The notes under the pieces are model-generated. The model saw nothing but the letters and a program-made list of their open reading frames with translations. It ran no database searches and was not told where the DNA came from. Of a DNA stretch of 64,000 nt, positions 44,801 to 52,556 are shown piece by piece (position 1 is the stretch's first letter; every line of letters starts with the position of its first letter). This stretch comes from an uncultured Acidobacteriaceae bacterium (lineage in GTDB: Bacteria > Acidobacteriota > Terriglobia > Terriglobales > Acidobacteriaceae), in contig CAWGMW010000002.1 in assembly GCA_963823805.1 (NCBI GenBank), positions 255,845 through 319,844 of the forward strand, in the 5' to 3' direction. The position numbers and the translations under genes are program-made.

Positions 44801-45208
44801 ATGGGACGTAGCGCAAGATCAGCTGACCTGGCAAATCTTTTTGCCGCACTTGCCGACCGCACACGGCTGCGCCTGCTGAACCTGATGAACGGCCGCGAGG
44901 TGTGCGTGTGTTACTTCGTGGAAATCCTGAAGCAGAGCCAGCCCAAGGTGTCGCGGCATCTTGCCTATTTGCGCAAGGCGGGAGTAGTGCGCGCGCGGCG
45001 CGAGGGCAAGTGGATGCATTATCGGATCGAGCGGCCTGCCGACTCCGCGGTGGCGGCTATTCTGGACGCAACGCTTGAGTCGTTCGACGCCGACCGGGAG
45101 ATGATGGCCGATAGGGTACAACTGGACCGAGCCTGCTGCCGGCCGGAACGCTTCTTGACGCTTGCGGGTGCGCCGGCACCCACCAATGTCCAATCGGACG
45201 CCGCTTGA
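44801..45208 (+). CDS. arsR: ArsR/SmtB-family metalloregulator
   Basis: [17 protein letters not shown], metal-site EVCVCYF, and the [21 protein letters not shown]. Divergent from arsM across a 76-bp AT-rich region. Confidence 0.9.
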   Translation: MGRSARSADLANLFAALADRTRLRLLNLMNGREVCVCYFVEILKQSQPKVSRHLAYLRKAGVVRARREGKWMHYRIERPADSAVAAILDATLESFDADREMMADRVQLDRACCRPERFLTLAGAPAPTNVQSDAA

Positions 45209-45304
45209 CATAAGATAATCGACGCGCTGCTACAGTATGACGCAGTCGACGTTTGGCGATTTGGCCCTTTTCACCTGCGGACCTTTTGTGTCATGCTTGC
45301 AAAC

Positions 45305-45418
45305 ATGGGAAACAAAGACAGGGGTAAGAAAGAAGTCAAGAAGGCTCCCAAGCCGAAGCCGAAACCAGAACCAGGACGCAAACGCGAGATATTCACGCCG
45401 CCGCCACAGCCGAAGTAG
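45305..45418 (+). CDS. possible small Lys/Pro-rich protein (37 aa)
   Basis: MGNKDRGKKEVKKAPKPKPKPEPGRKREIFTPPPQPK. Below the ORF-track cut-off, no SD. The terminator hairpin at 45563-45590 lies 145 nt downstream of its stop. Confidence 0.22.
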   Translation: MGNKDRGKKEVKKAPKPKPKPEPGRKREIFTPPPQPK

Positions 45419-45562
45419 GGATCGGCGCAAGCGCCTGATTTGCGGTGCGACCAAATGGCCGGCTCTGAAAGGGCGTCGGTATGCGCGGTGCTCTACCGGC
45501 GCAGTGGGCTAGCTACGACCCTCGATCTGCCTCGTGTGAAGTTCGCGATCAACCTCAATAGG

Positions 45563-45590
45563 AAAAGGCCATCCCACTGGATGGCCTTTT
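45563..45590. terminator. bidirectional rho-independent terminator
   Basis: AAAAGGCCATCC-CACT-GGATGGCCTTTT, with A/T runs on both sides. Lies 27 nt past the ctpA stop (45617). Confidence 0.65.
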
Positions 45591-45616
45591 CCTTTGCATG
45601 AAATCGCGAAGAGAAC

Positions 45617-47266
45617 TCAGGGTTGGGACGCGGCGCCCGGGCTTGGCTCGTTGCGGGCTTGAGCCTTTTCCGCCAATACTTTGTGCGCGCTGTCTTCAAG
45701 CGCCTGGGCTTCGGGCATGTAGGTAAGCGCCTTCTGGACCATCGGGTCATAATCGGCGATGACGCGCAAGCCGCTTAGCTGGCCGAACTGAATGGTGAAG
45801 ATGTCCCTCTTGATCTGCGCCTTGATCCAGTCGGAGGAATCACCAATGTCGCCGTCGGTCCAGTCAACGTCTTGGCTGGTGAGGAATTTCTTGAAGTCGT
45901 TGAGGACAGTGTCGTCGACTTGGAAGTTTTTGTCGACGGTGTGCGTGGCCACGTAGACCGGCGCGAAGTGGAAAAAGACGTCTTTGTAGACCAGTTCGTC
46001 CTGGAAGCGGCTAGTGGTGGGCGGCTCGATTTTCTCGTCGGGCGTGATGCCGCCGCCGCCGTATACGGTGCGGCCAGAGTCGGTCAGCTTGACTTCGCGG
46101 CTGGATGAGTCAGAGGATGTGGGCCCGTCACCGGCGTGGTTGTAGTAGTCGTATAGCGATACGCCCGCGTAATTGCGCTGGATGAGGCGGCCCGACGGCG
46201 TGTAGTAGTGGTAGGTGGTGAGAGCGAGGCCGGAGTCTTCACTGAGGTTGTAGACGGTCTGTACCAGGCCCTTGCCGAAGGTGGTCTCGCCCACAATGAG
46301 GGCGCGATCGTGGTCCTGCAGCGCGCCGGAGACGATCTCGGCGGCAGAAGCAGTGTCGCGGTTGACCAGCACCACAATGGGAAAGGTCTTGCCGTCATTG
46401 CCGTGCGTCGCGACGTAGTTCTGATCGGAGTAGGCGCGGCCGCGCTGGGAGACGATGGTCTGGCCCTTGGCAAGCAGGTGGTCGCAGACATCCACTGCCT
46501 GGCTTAGGAGGCCACCTGGATTATCGCGCAGATCCAGGACCAGGCCCTTGAGGTCGCCGAAGCCGTCGATCGCGTCGTCCATCTCCTGGCCGGTGGTTTC
46601 CTGGAACTGGGTCAAATGAATGTAGCCGATGCCGGGTCGAATCTCGAATTTAAGATCGATGGAGGGATGCGGAATCTCGTCGCGAACAAGGTCGAAGACC
46701 AGCGGCTTGGCCTGGCCATAGCGGACCATCGTGACCTGCACGTGCGTGCCCTTGGGTCCCTTCAGCGCTTTGGCGACCTCATCGGAGGACCAGCCATCGG
46801 TGGATTTGCCGTCAACGGCGACAATCTGGTCACCGGGGTGAATGCCGGCACGGAACGAGGGCGTGTCCTCGTACGGAGTGACAACGTAGACGTTGCTCTT
46901 GCCGTTGTCGCCGTTTTGCTGCTGGATGACCATGCCCACTCCGTAGTAGCGGCCGCGCTGATCCTCGCGCAGGCGGGCATAGGCCTTGGGATCGTAGAAA
47001 TGCGAGTGTGGGTCAAGGACCTGCAACATTCCGGGGATGGCGCCGTCGTAGATGACATCGTCGGCCTTGTCGGGCGTGAGGGGCTCGGCATAGTTCTGCT
47101 CCACGATCGCATAGACGTCGGTGAACGCTTTGAGGCTGTCGCGAAGCTGGCTCTCGTCCTGCGACGATTGGGCGCCGACACGGCGCTCAAGTACCGTGCC
47201 AGCCACGGCACACACGGCGAAAAAAACAACCACGGCGAAGAGCGCGCGGCGGGCACGGGAACTCAT
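45617..47266 (-). CDS. ctpA: carboxy-terminal processing protease (S41 family, with PDZ)
   Basis: TM/signal MSSRARRALFAVVVFFAVCAVAG, PDZ (AGIHPGDQIVAVDGKS), catalytic Ser region RDTASAAEIVSGALQD, and TFGKGLVQ. Confidence 0.85.
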   Translation of the reverse strand: MSSRARRALFAVVVFFAVCAVAGTVLERRVGAQSSQDESQLRDSLKAFTDVYAIVEQNYAEPLTPDKADDVIYDGAIPGMLQVLDPHSHFYDPKAYARLREDQRGRYYGVGMVIQQQNGDNGKSNVYVVTPYEDTPSFRAGIHPGDQIVAVDGKSTDGWSSDEVAKALKGPKGTHVQVTMVRYGQAKPLVFDLVRDEIPHPSIDLKFEIRPGIGYIHLTQFQETTGQEMDDAIDGFGDLKGLVLDLRDNPGGLLSQAVDVCDHLLAKGQTIVSQRGRAYSDQNYVATHGNDGKTFPIVVLVNRDTASAAEIVSGALQDHDRALIVGETTFGKGLVQTVYNLSEDSGLALTTYHYYTPSGRLIQRNYAGVSLYDYYNHAGDGPTSSDSSSREVKLTDSGRTVYGGGGITPDEKIEPPTTSRFQDELVYKDVFFHFAPVYVATHTVDKNFQVDDTVLNDFKKFLTSQDVDWTDGDIGDSSDWIKAQIKRDIFTIQFGQLSGLRVIADYDPMVQKALTYMPEAQALEDSAHKVLAEKAQARNEPSPGAASQP

Positions 47267-47659
47267 GGACAAACCCAACCTCCAGACGGCGCGTGCGCCA
47301 GACGCCAGCCGGCGGACTTTCCATCGCCTGCGAGCGAATCGGATCAATGCCGAATTTCCGCTCGATAAAAATTGACCTTGCCTGTTATTGGCAAGGCCAT
47401 GGAGATGGAAGAACCGCTCGCACTGAGGCCGCGGGGCCGTCTTCGGCTAAAGTATAACACCGCTTTATTTGACGCGCGGCCTGGCTGGCGGGTAGCCGGG
47501 TTACCGTGGTTTGGAGCGCGGGGGGCATATTGGAAGGGTTGTGCGCTGGCTTGGGCCGGGCATCCGCTTTCCCTTTCGGCTCTCCCGGCATTTACAATTG
47601 CGTCTATGCAGCAGGCACCAGAAAAGCATGCGCCAGGCACACGGCCGGACGTTGATTCT

Positions 47660-49453
47660 ATGAATTTTAGATATTTTTCCGGATTAGCGGCGTTCGCACT
47701 TGGCGCGGTGCTGCTGGTGTGCCCCAGCCTGGCACTCGGCCAGGCGAACGAACCGGAGAGCCCCTATGGCGGGACGACCGTCGAGGACATTATCGCCCGC
47801 GTCAACGACCAGATCATCACCAAGTCAGACTACGACCGTGCAGAAGCCGAATTGGACCAGGACGGAAAGCAGCACGGCGCATCGATGCAGGAGATGGCGG
47901 GCCAACGCAAGGATTTGCTGCGCAATCTGATCGACCAGCAACTGTGGCTCTCTAAGGGCAAGGAACTCGACATTACAGGCGAAACAGAACTGGTAAAGCG
48001 CCTGGACGAGATCCGCAAGCAGTACAACCTGGATTCGATTGACGATCTGGAGAAGGCGGCCAGAGAGCAGGGCGTGTCCTTCGAGGACTTCAAGGCCAAC
48101 ATCCGCAACCAGATCATCACCCAGGAGGTAATGCGGCAGGAAGTTGGCGAGCATATTCAGATGACACCCGGCGAGGTGGAGCGTTACTACGAAGAGCACA
48201 AACAGGACTACATACAGCCGGAGAGCGAGCGGTTGGGCGAGATTCTGATTTCGACGGGTACGGACGGATCCGACGATCCGGCGAAGGTTGCGGCGGCCAA
48301 AGCAAAGGCGGATGACATTGAGGCTCGGCTGCATGCCGGCGGAGACTTCGCCCAGTTGGCAAAGAGCTTCAGCGACGGTTCGACGGCTGCCTCCGGCGGC
48401 GATCTGGGCCAGTACAAGCGGGGCCAGCTTCCCAAGGTTCTTGAAGACAAGACATTCGATCTTGCAACGGGCCAATACACCGATCCAATTCTCACGCGGC
48501 AGGGCTACATCATCCTAAAGGTCTCACAGCATACGCCGGGAGGACCGCGGCCATTCAAGGACGTGGAAGAGGACGTGGAGCAGGCTTATTACATGAGCTT
48601 GATGGATCCGGCTATTCGCGATTATCTGAGCCACATGAGAGATCAGGCATTCATTCAGATCAAGCAGGGTTATGTAGACACCGGCGCGACACCCGCCGAA
48701 TTGCATTCAAGCATTAGCTTCAGCGCGTATGTACCGCCGGCACCGAAGAAGAAAGCTAAGGTGGAGAGGACCCGGTTCCGTGAGAGCACCCGCACCTTCC
48801 GAGAAAAATCGGGTCCGGCTGCGCCACCGGCCGAGGGGGCCAACGAGGCGCTGACCAGCACAACGCCGGCGCCACCGGCAGCCGCGCCAACTGGGGCGTC
48901 GAACAAAAGGAAGAAGCGGAGCAAGAAGGAAGAAGCAGCCACCGAGAAGCCCGGCAAGAAAGAGAAAATCCGCTTTGGACAGGCGCCGCGCGAAACGCTG
49001 CCTTCCGCGACGACAAACACCGCCACGGAGAATGCGGGCGCGCTGCCCGAGACGGCCTCGAATACCGACCAGCCGGCGAATCCGCTGGAGCCGACTGCGC
49101 CAACGCAGAAGACACGCTTCAGCGCTCGCGCACGACAGGCTAAGACACCTAAGACAACAGGCAATGGCGGGCAGGCGGGTTCAACAGGTCCCGTACCGCC
49201 CAACGCCTCTGAAGTAGCCGACCAGCAGACGCAGTCAGCTCCTTTGGGTCTGTCAGGAGATACATCGAAGAAGAAGAAAAAGGCATCGACAGCGACCGCG
49301 GGGAAGACTCGAATCGCCAACAAGAAAAAGAGCGAGGAAGAAACGCAGCCGAAACCGGCGCAGCAACCAACGCCCATCCCTCCCGTGCCGGGAGCGCCTG
49401 CACCCTCGGACCATCCGGACCAGCCTCAACCGCAGCAAACGACGCCGCAGTAA
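47660..49453 (+). CDS. SurA/PpiD-like periplasmic chaperone with a parvulin PPIase domain and a ~240-aa low-complexity tail
   Basis: Signal peptide MNFRYFSGLAAFALGAVLLVCPSLALGQ, a SurA_N-like region, and a parvulin domain (FAQLAKSFSDGSTAASGGDLGQYKRGQLPKVLEDKTF). The C-terminal region from about 48731 is P/A/K/T/E-rich. Confidence 0.8.
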   Translation: MNFRYFSGLAAFALGAVLLVCPSLALGQANEPESPYGGTTVEDIIARVNDQIITKSDYDRAEAELDQDGKQHGASMQEMAGQRKDLLRNLIDQQLWLSKGKELDITGETELVKRLDEIRKQYNLDSIDDLEKAAREQGVSFEDFKANIRNQIITQEVMRQEVGEHIQMTPGEVERYYEEHKQDYIQPESERLGEILISTGTDGSDDPAKVAAAKAKADDIEARLHAGGDFAQLAKSFSDGSTAASGGDLGQYKRGQLPKVLEDKTFDLATGQYTDPILTRQGYIILKVSQHTPGGPRPFKDVEEDVEQAYYMSLMDPAIRDYLSHMRDQAFIQIKQGYVDTGATPAELHSSISFSAYVPPAPKKKAKVERTRFRESTRTFREKSGPAAPPAEGANEALTSTTPAPPAAAPTGASNKRKKRSKKEEAATEKPGKKEKIRFGQAPRETLPSATTNTATENAGALPETASNTDQPANPLEPTAPTQKTRFSARARQAKTPKTTGNGGQAGSTGPVPPNASEVADQQTQSAPLGLSGDTSKKKKKASTATAGKTRIANKKKSEEETQPKPAQQPTPIPPVPGAPAPSDHPDQPQPQQTTPQ

Positions 49454-49481
49454 GTTCGAGATTCAATCGATCCGATAGAGT

Positions 49482-49518
49482 GGGCCTGGGAACGAAATCC
49501 CAGGCCCGAAGTCTTTTT
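49482..49518 (+). terminator. rho-independent terminator candidate
   Basis: GGGCCTGGGA-ACGAAA-TCCCAGGCCC, then GAAGTC and TTTTT. Confidence 0.5.
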
Positions 49519-49594
49519 GGAGCAGCACTGGTTTCGTTCGATTTGAACGGCGCCTTTGGCATAGCAAGAGAATTGCGTTAATCTTCTCGGCAGA

Positions 49595-50590
49595 ATGAAA
49601 GACATCTATATCGGCGATTTGATGGGCTTCGACGAGGGTAAGCTCTTCGACAGCTTCTTTCTCGTGCTGGCCAAGCAGCAGCGGACCACCAAGCAAAACA
49701 AACCGTATTTGAGCCTTACGCTCGGCGACAAGACCGGGCAGATCGAAGCGCGCGTGTGGGAGCTGGGCGACCCGCGGATCGCCAAAGACTTTGAGCGTGG
49801 CGAAATGGTGAAGGTGCGCGGTAGCGTTTCGCGCTATGACGATCGCGCCCAGTTGAAAGTGGATCAGCTGCGCAAGGCGCTCGACAGCGAGGCGGACAAG
49901 ATGGATATGCTGCCAGCGACGAGCCGCGATGTGGGCGAGTTGTGGCGGGTGCTCGAGGCAAGCGCCGCGAGCGTGATCAATCCCGATCTGAAGCGGCTGC
50001 TGGCGGCGTTACTTACCGACGCACCTATCGCACAGGCATTTCGCGAAGCGCCGGCAGCCCGGCAACTGCATCATGCGTGGCTTGGCGGCCTGCTGGAGCA
50101 CGTTGTGAGTTTATTGGGCCTCGCCGATCGAGTCGCTGCACACTACCCGATGCTCGACCGCGATTTGCTTGTCACGGGCGTGATTCTGCACGACATCGGA
50201 AAGATCCGCGAGCTGAGCTGGGACACAGGATTCGACTACACGGTTGAGGGTGTGTTGTTGGGGCATATCCAGATGGGCGTCGATCTGGTTGAGAAGACGA
50301 TCGCCGGGCTGCCCGGGTTCTCTGACCGGCTGCGCACGCTCGTGCTGCACATGATTCTGTCGCACCACGGAAAGCTGGAGTTCGGTTCGCCCAAGCTGCC
50401 CATGATTCCGGAAGCGCTGGTTCTGAACTTTCTCGACGATCTGGACGCGAAGATGCAGGCCATGGCCAGTGAGTTTGAGAAGTCGGCGCGCGAGGGCCGT
50501 GCACCGGACGAGATGACGGGCAAAGTGTGGGCACTCGATCAGCGGCAGTTGCTGAACACGAGGGCTTGGCTAGCGCACGACCGGGAGTAG
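49595..50590 (+). CDS. yhaM: OB-fold plus HD-domain 3'-5' exoribonuclease (YhaM-like)
   Basis: N-terminal OB fold (LTLGDKTGQIEARVW) and HD domain (HHAWLGGLLEHV, GVILHDIGK, ILSHHGKLEFGSP). Confidence 0.82.
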   Translation: MKDIYIGDLMGFDEGKLFDSFFLVLAKQQRTTKQNKPYLSLTLGDKTGQIEARVWELGDPRIAKDFERGEMVKVRGSVSRYDDRAQLKVDQLRKALDSEADKMDMLPATSRDVGELWRVLEASAASVINPDLKRLLAALLTDAPIAQAFREAPAARQLHHAWLGGLLEHVVSLLGLADRVAAHYPMLDRDLLVTGVILHDIGKIRELSWDTGFDYTVEGVLLGHIQMGVDLVEKTIAGLPGFSDRLRTLVLHMILSHHGKLEFGSPKLPMIPEALVLNFLDDLDAKMQAMASEFEKSAREGRAPDEMTGKVWALDQRQLLNTRAWLAHDRE

Positions 50591-50612
50591 CGGTTCCCCG
50601 TTTCCAGCACTT

Positions 50613-50996
50613 TTATTCCAAGAACCAATCCCACTGCTCTTTGGTGAGTGGAACGACCGAGAGGCGGCCGATGAGCAGGAGCGGCGAGCGCGCAAAGAGC
50701 TTTTCCGCCTTGATTTGGGCCAGCGTCTTTGGGTGCTTGAGGCGTTTCCCGACCTTTACGTGCACGATGGGGACCTTGGGGTCAGCCGCGTTGACACTCA
50801 GCACCGTGCCCGTGCCGACGGCGGTGCGTTCGTCGCCGGTATGGTAAAAGATCCACTTTGTTCCGGGCTTCATCTCGCGCAGGTTCTTGACCGCGGTGGG
50901 ATTGGTCACGCCGTCCCAAACGGTTTCGCCGTCGCCCTGGAGATCGTCGAAACAATAGACGCTGGGTTCGGATTTGAAGAGGAAGTAACTCATCAT
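50613..50996 (-). CDS. EVE (PUA-like, DUF55) domain protein
   Basis: YFLFKSEPSVYCFDDL, WDGVTNPTAVKNLREMKPG and FYHTG are typical EVE-domain blocks. Confidence 0.82.
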   Translation of the reverse strand: MMSYFLFKSEPSVYCFDDLQGDGETVWDGVTNPTAVKNLREMKPGTKWIFYHTGDERTAVGTGTVLSVNAADPKVPIVHVKVGKRLKHPKTLAQIKAEKLFARSPLLLIGRLSVVPLTKEQWDWFLE

Positions 50997-51000
50997 AATG

Positions 51001-51021
51001 GTTAGTTGTCAGTCGTCAGTG
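51001..51021. repeat. 3 tandem heptamers GTTAGTT GTCAGTC GTCAGTG (CACTGAC GACTGAC AACTAAC on the coding strand)
   Basis: Read directly, 4 nt upstream of the EVE gene start. Minus-strand TGA, TGA and TAA at 7-nt spacing cover all three frames. Confidence 0.6.
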
Positions 51022-51098
51022 ACCATTTGTCGACAAATCCGCAAGTTTGCCAGGCGGTATTTTCTTTCCCCTACCCCTACTGGCTGTTCCCTGTCTTT

Positions 51099-52556
51099 CT
51101 ATTCCCTGCCCCGCTTGCGAATCTCGATGTTGAGGCGCTTGATCTTCTGGTTCAGTGTCGATAGCGGAATGCGGAACTGCTCGGCGGCTTCTGTCTGGTT
51201 CCAGTTGCAGCGCTCGAGTTTTTCAATGATGATTCTGCGCTCGATCACTTCAAGAATGTCGAAGAGCGAAGAGTTGGGGTTGTGTTCGAGGAGCGCGTCC
51301 TGAAAGCTGCGGCCTGTGATCTGTCCGGGGAGCAGCTCGGCGCCGATCAGCGGGCCGGAGGAGAGCACCACACCGCGCTCGATGGCGTTTTCAAGCTCGC
51401 GGACATTGCCGGGCCAATCGTAGTCGATGAGAGCGCGCATGGCATCGGTGGAAAGTTTGCGCGGGGGGAAGTTGTTCTCCGTGGCGTAAAAATCGAGGAA
51501 GTGCTGGGCCAGGAGCGGAATATCCTCGCGGCGTGAGCGCAGCGGTGGCAGGTCAACGGTGATGACGTTGAGGCGGTAGAAAAGATCCTCGCGGAAGTGC
51601 CCATCGCGGACCGCCTGCCGGAGATCGACGTTGGTGGCGGCGAGGATGCGCACGTCCACCTGAAGCTCCTGAATGCCTCCGAGATGCATGAAGCGCTTGT
51701 CCTGCAGCACCCGCAGGATCTTGGATTGCGTGTCGAGGCCCATGGTCGCGATCTCGTCGAGGAAGAGCGTGCCGCCGTTGGCGACTTCGAAGAGGCCTTT
51801 CTTTGAGGCGACCGCGGAAGTGAATGCGCCCTTGACGTGCCCGAAAAGCGTGGACTCGAGGAGCTCAGACGGCATTGCGCCCGTGTTAATAGGGACGAAT
51901 GGCTTGTCGCGCCGCGGCGAGTTGGCGTGGATCGCCTTGGCGATAATCTCCTTGCCGGTGCCGCTTTCGCCCTGAATCAGGACCGTGGAGCGGCTGGGAG
52001 CGACCTGCGCGACAAGATCAAAGACGCGAAGCATGGACTCGCTTTTGCCCACGATGTTGGCGAAATTGTAGCGTTGTTTGAGGGTGCGCTTGAGCTGAAG
52101 GTTTTCTTCCTCGGCGCGGTGGCGTGCGACTGCGGAGCGGATGTCGGCAAGTAGCTTCTCGTTGTCCCAGGGCTTCTGGATGAAATTCTCCGCGCCGGCG
52201 CGAATGGCCTCGACGACGTTGTCGACTGTGCCGTAGGCGGTGATCATGATAATTGGAAGATCGGGTTGGCGCTCCTTGAACTGCGGCAGAAGCTCGATGC
52301 CGCTCTGGCCGGGCAACGCGAGGTCGAGCAGGACGAGGTCGAAGCTTGACTGATCGAGCATGCGCAGCCCTTCTTCGCCGTTGGCCGCGGTTTTGACTGC
52401 GTAGTTTTCGAGAGAGAGCAGAACCTCAAGCGACTCTTGGATGCCGGCCTCGTCGTCGACAACGAGAATGGAGGCGGCGGGTGAACCGCCTTCAATCGCG
52501 GGCGCGGAGACAGGCGCATTCACGGGTATTGTTTCCTCAGCGGTGGGCTCAGGCAT
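51099..52556 (-). CDS. sigma-54-dependent Fis-family response regulator
   Basis: Receiver (FDLVLLDLALPGQSG), AAA+ (QGESGTGKE, GHVKGAFTSA, LFLDEIATM), and Fis HTH (NQTEAAEQFRIPLSTLNQKIKRL). Confidence 0.92.
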   Translation of the reverse strand: MPEPTAEETIPVNAPVSAPAIEGGSPAASILVVDDEAGIQESLEVLLSLENYAVKTAANGEEGLRMLDQSSFDLVLLDLALPGQSGIELLPQFKERQPDLPIIMITAYGTVDNVVEAIRAGAENFIQKPWDNEKLLADIRSAVARHRAEEENLQLKRTLKQRYNFANIVGKSESMLRVFDLVAQVAPSRSTVLIQGESGTGKEIIAKAIHANSPRRDKPFVPINTGAMPSELLESTLFGHVKGAFTSAVASKKGLFEVANGGTLFLDEIATMGLDTQSKILRVLQDKRFMHLGGIQELQVDVRILAATNVDLRQAVRDGHFREDLFYRLNVITVDLPPLRSRREDIPLLAQHFLDFYATENNFPPRKLSTDAMRALIDYDWPGNVRELENAIERGVVLSSGPLIGAELLPGQITGRSFQDALLEHNPNSSLFDILEVIERRIIIEKLERCNWNQTEAAEQFRIPLSTLNQKIKRLNIEIRKRGRE

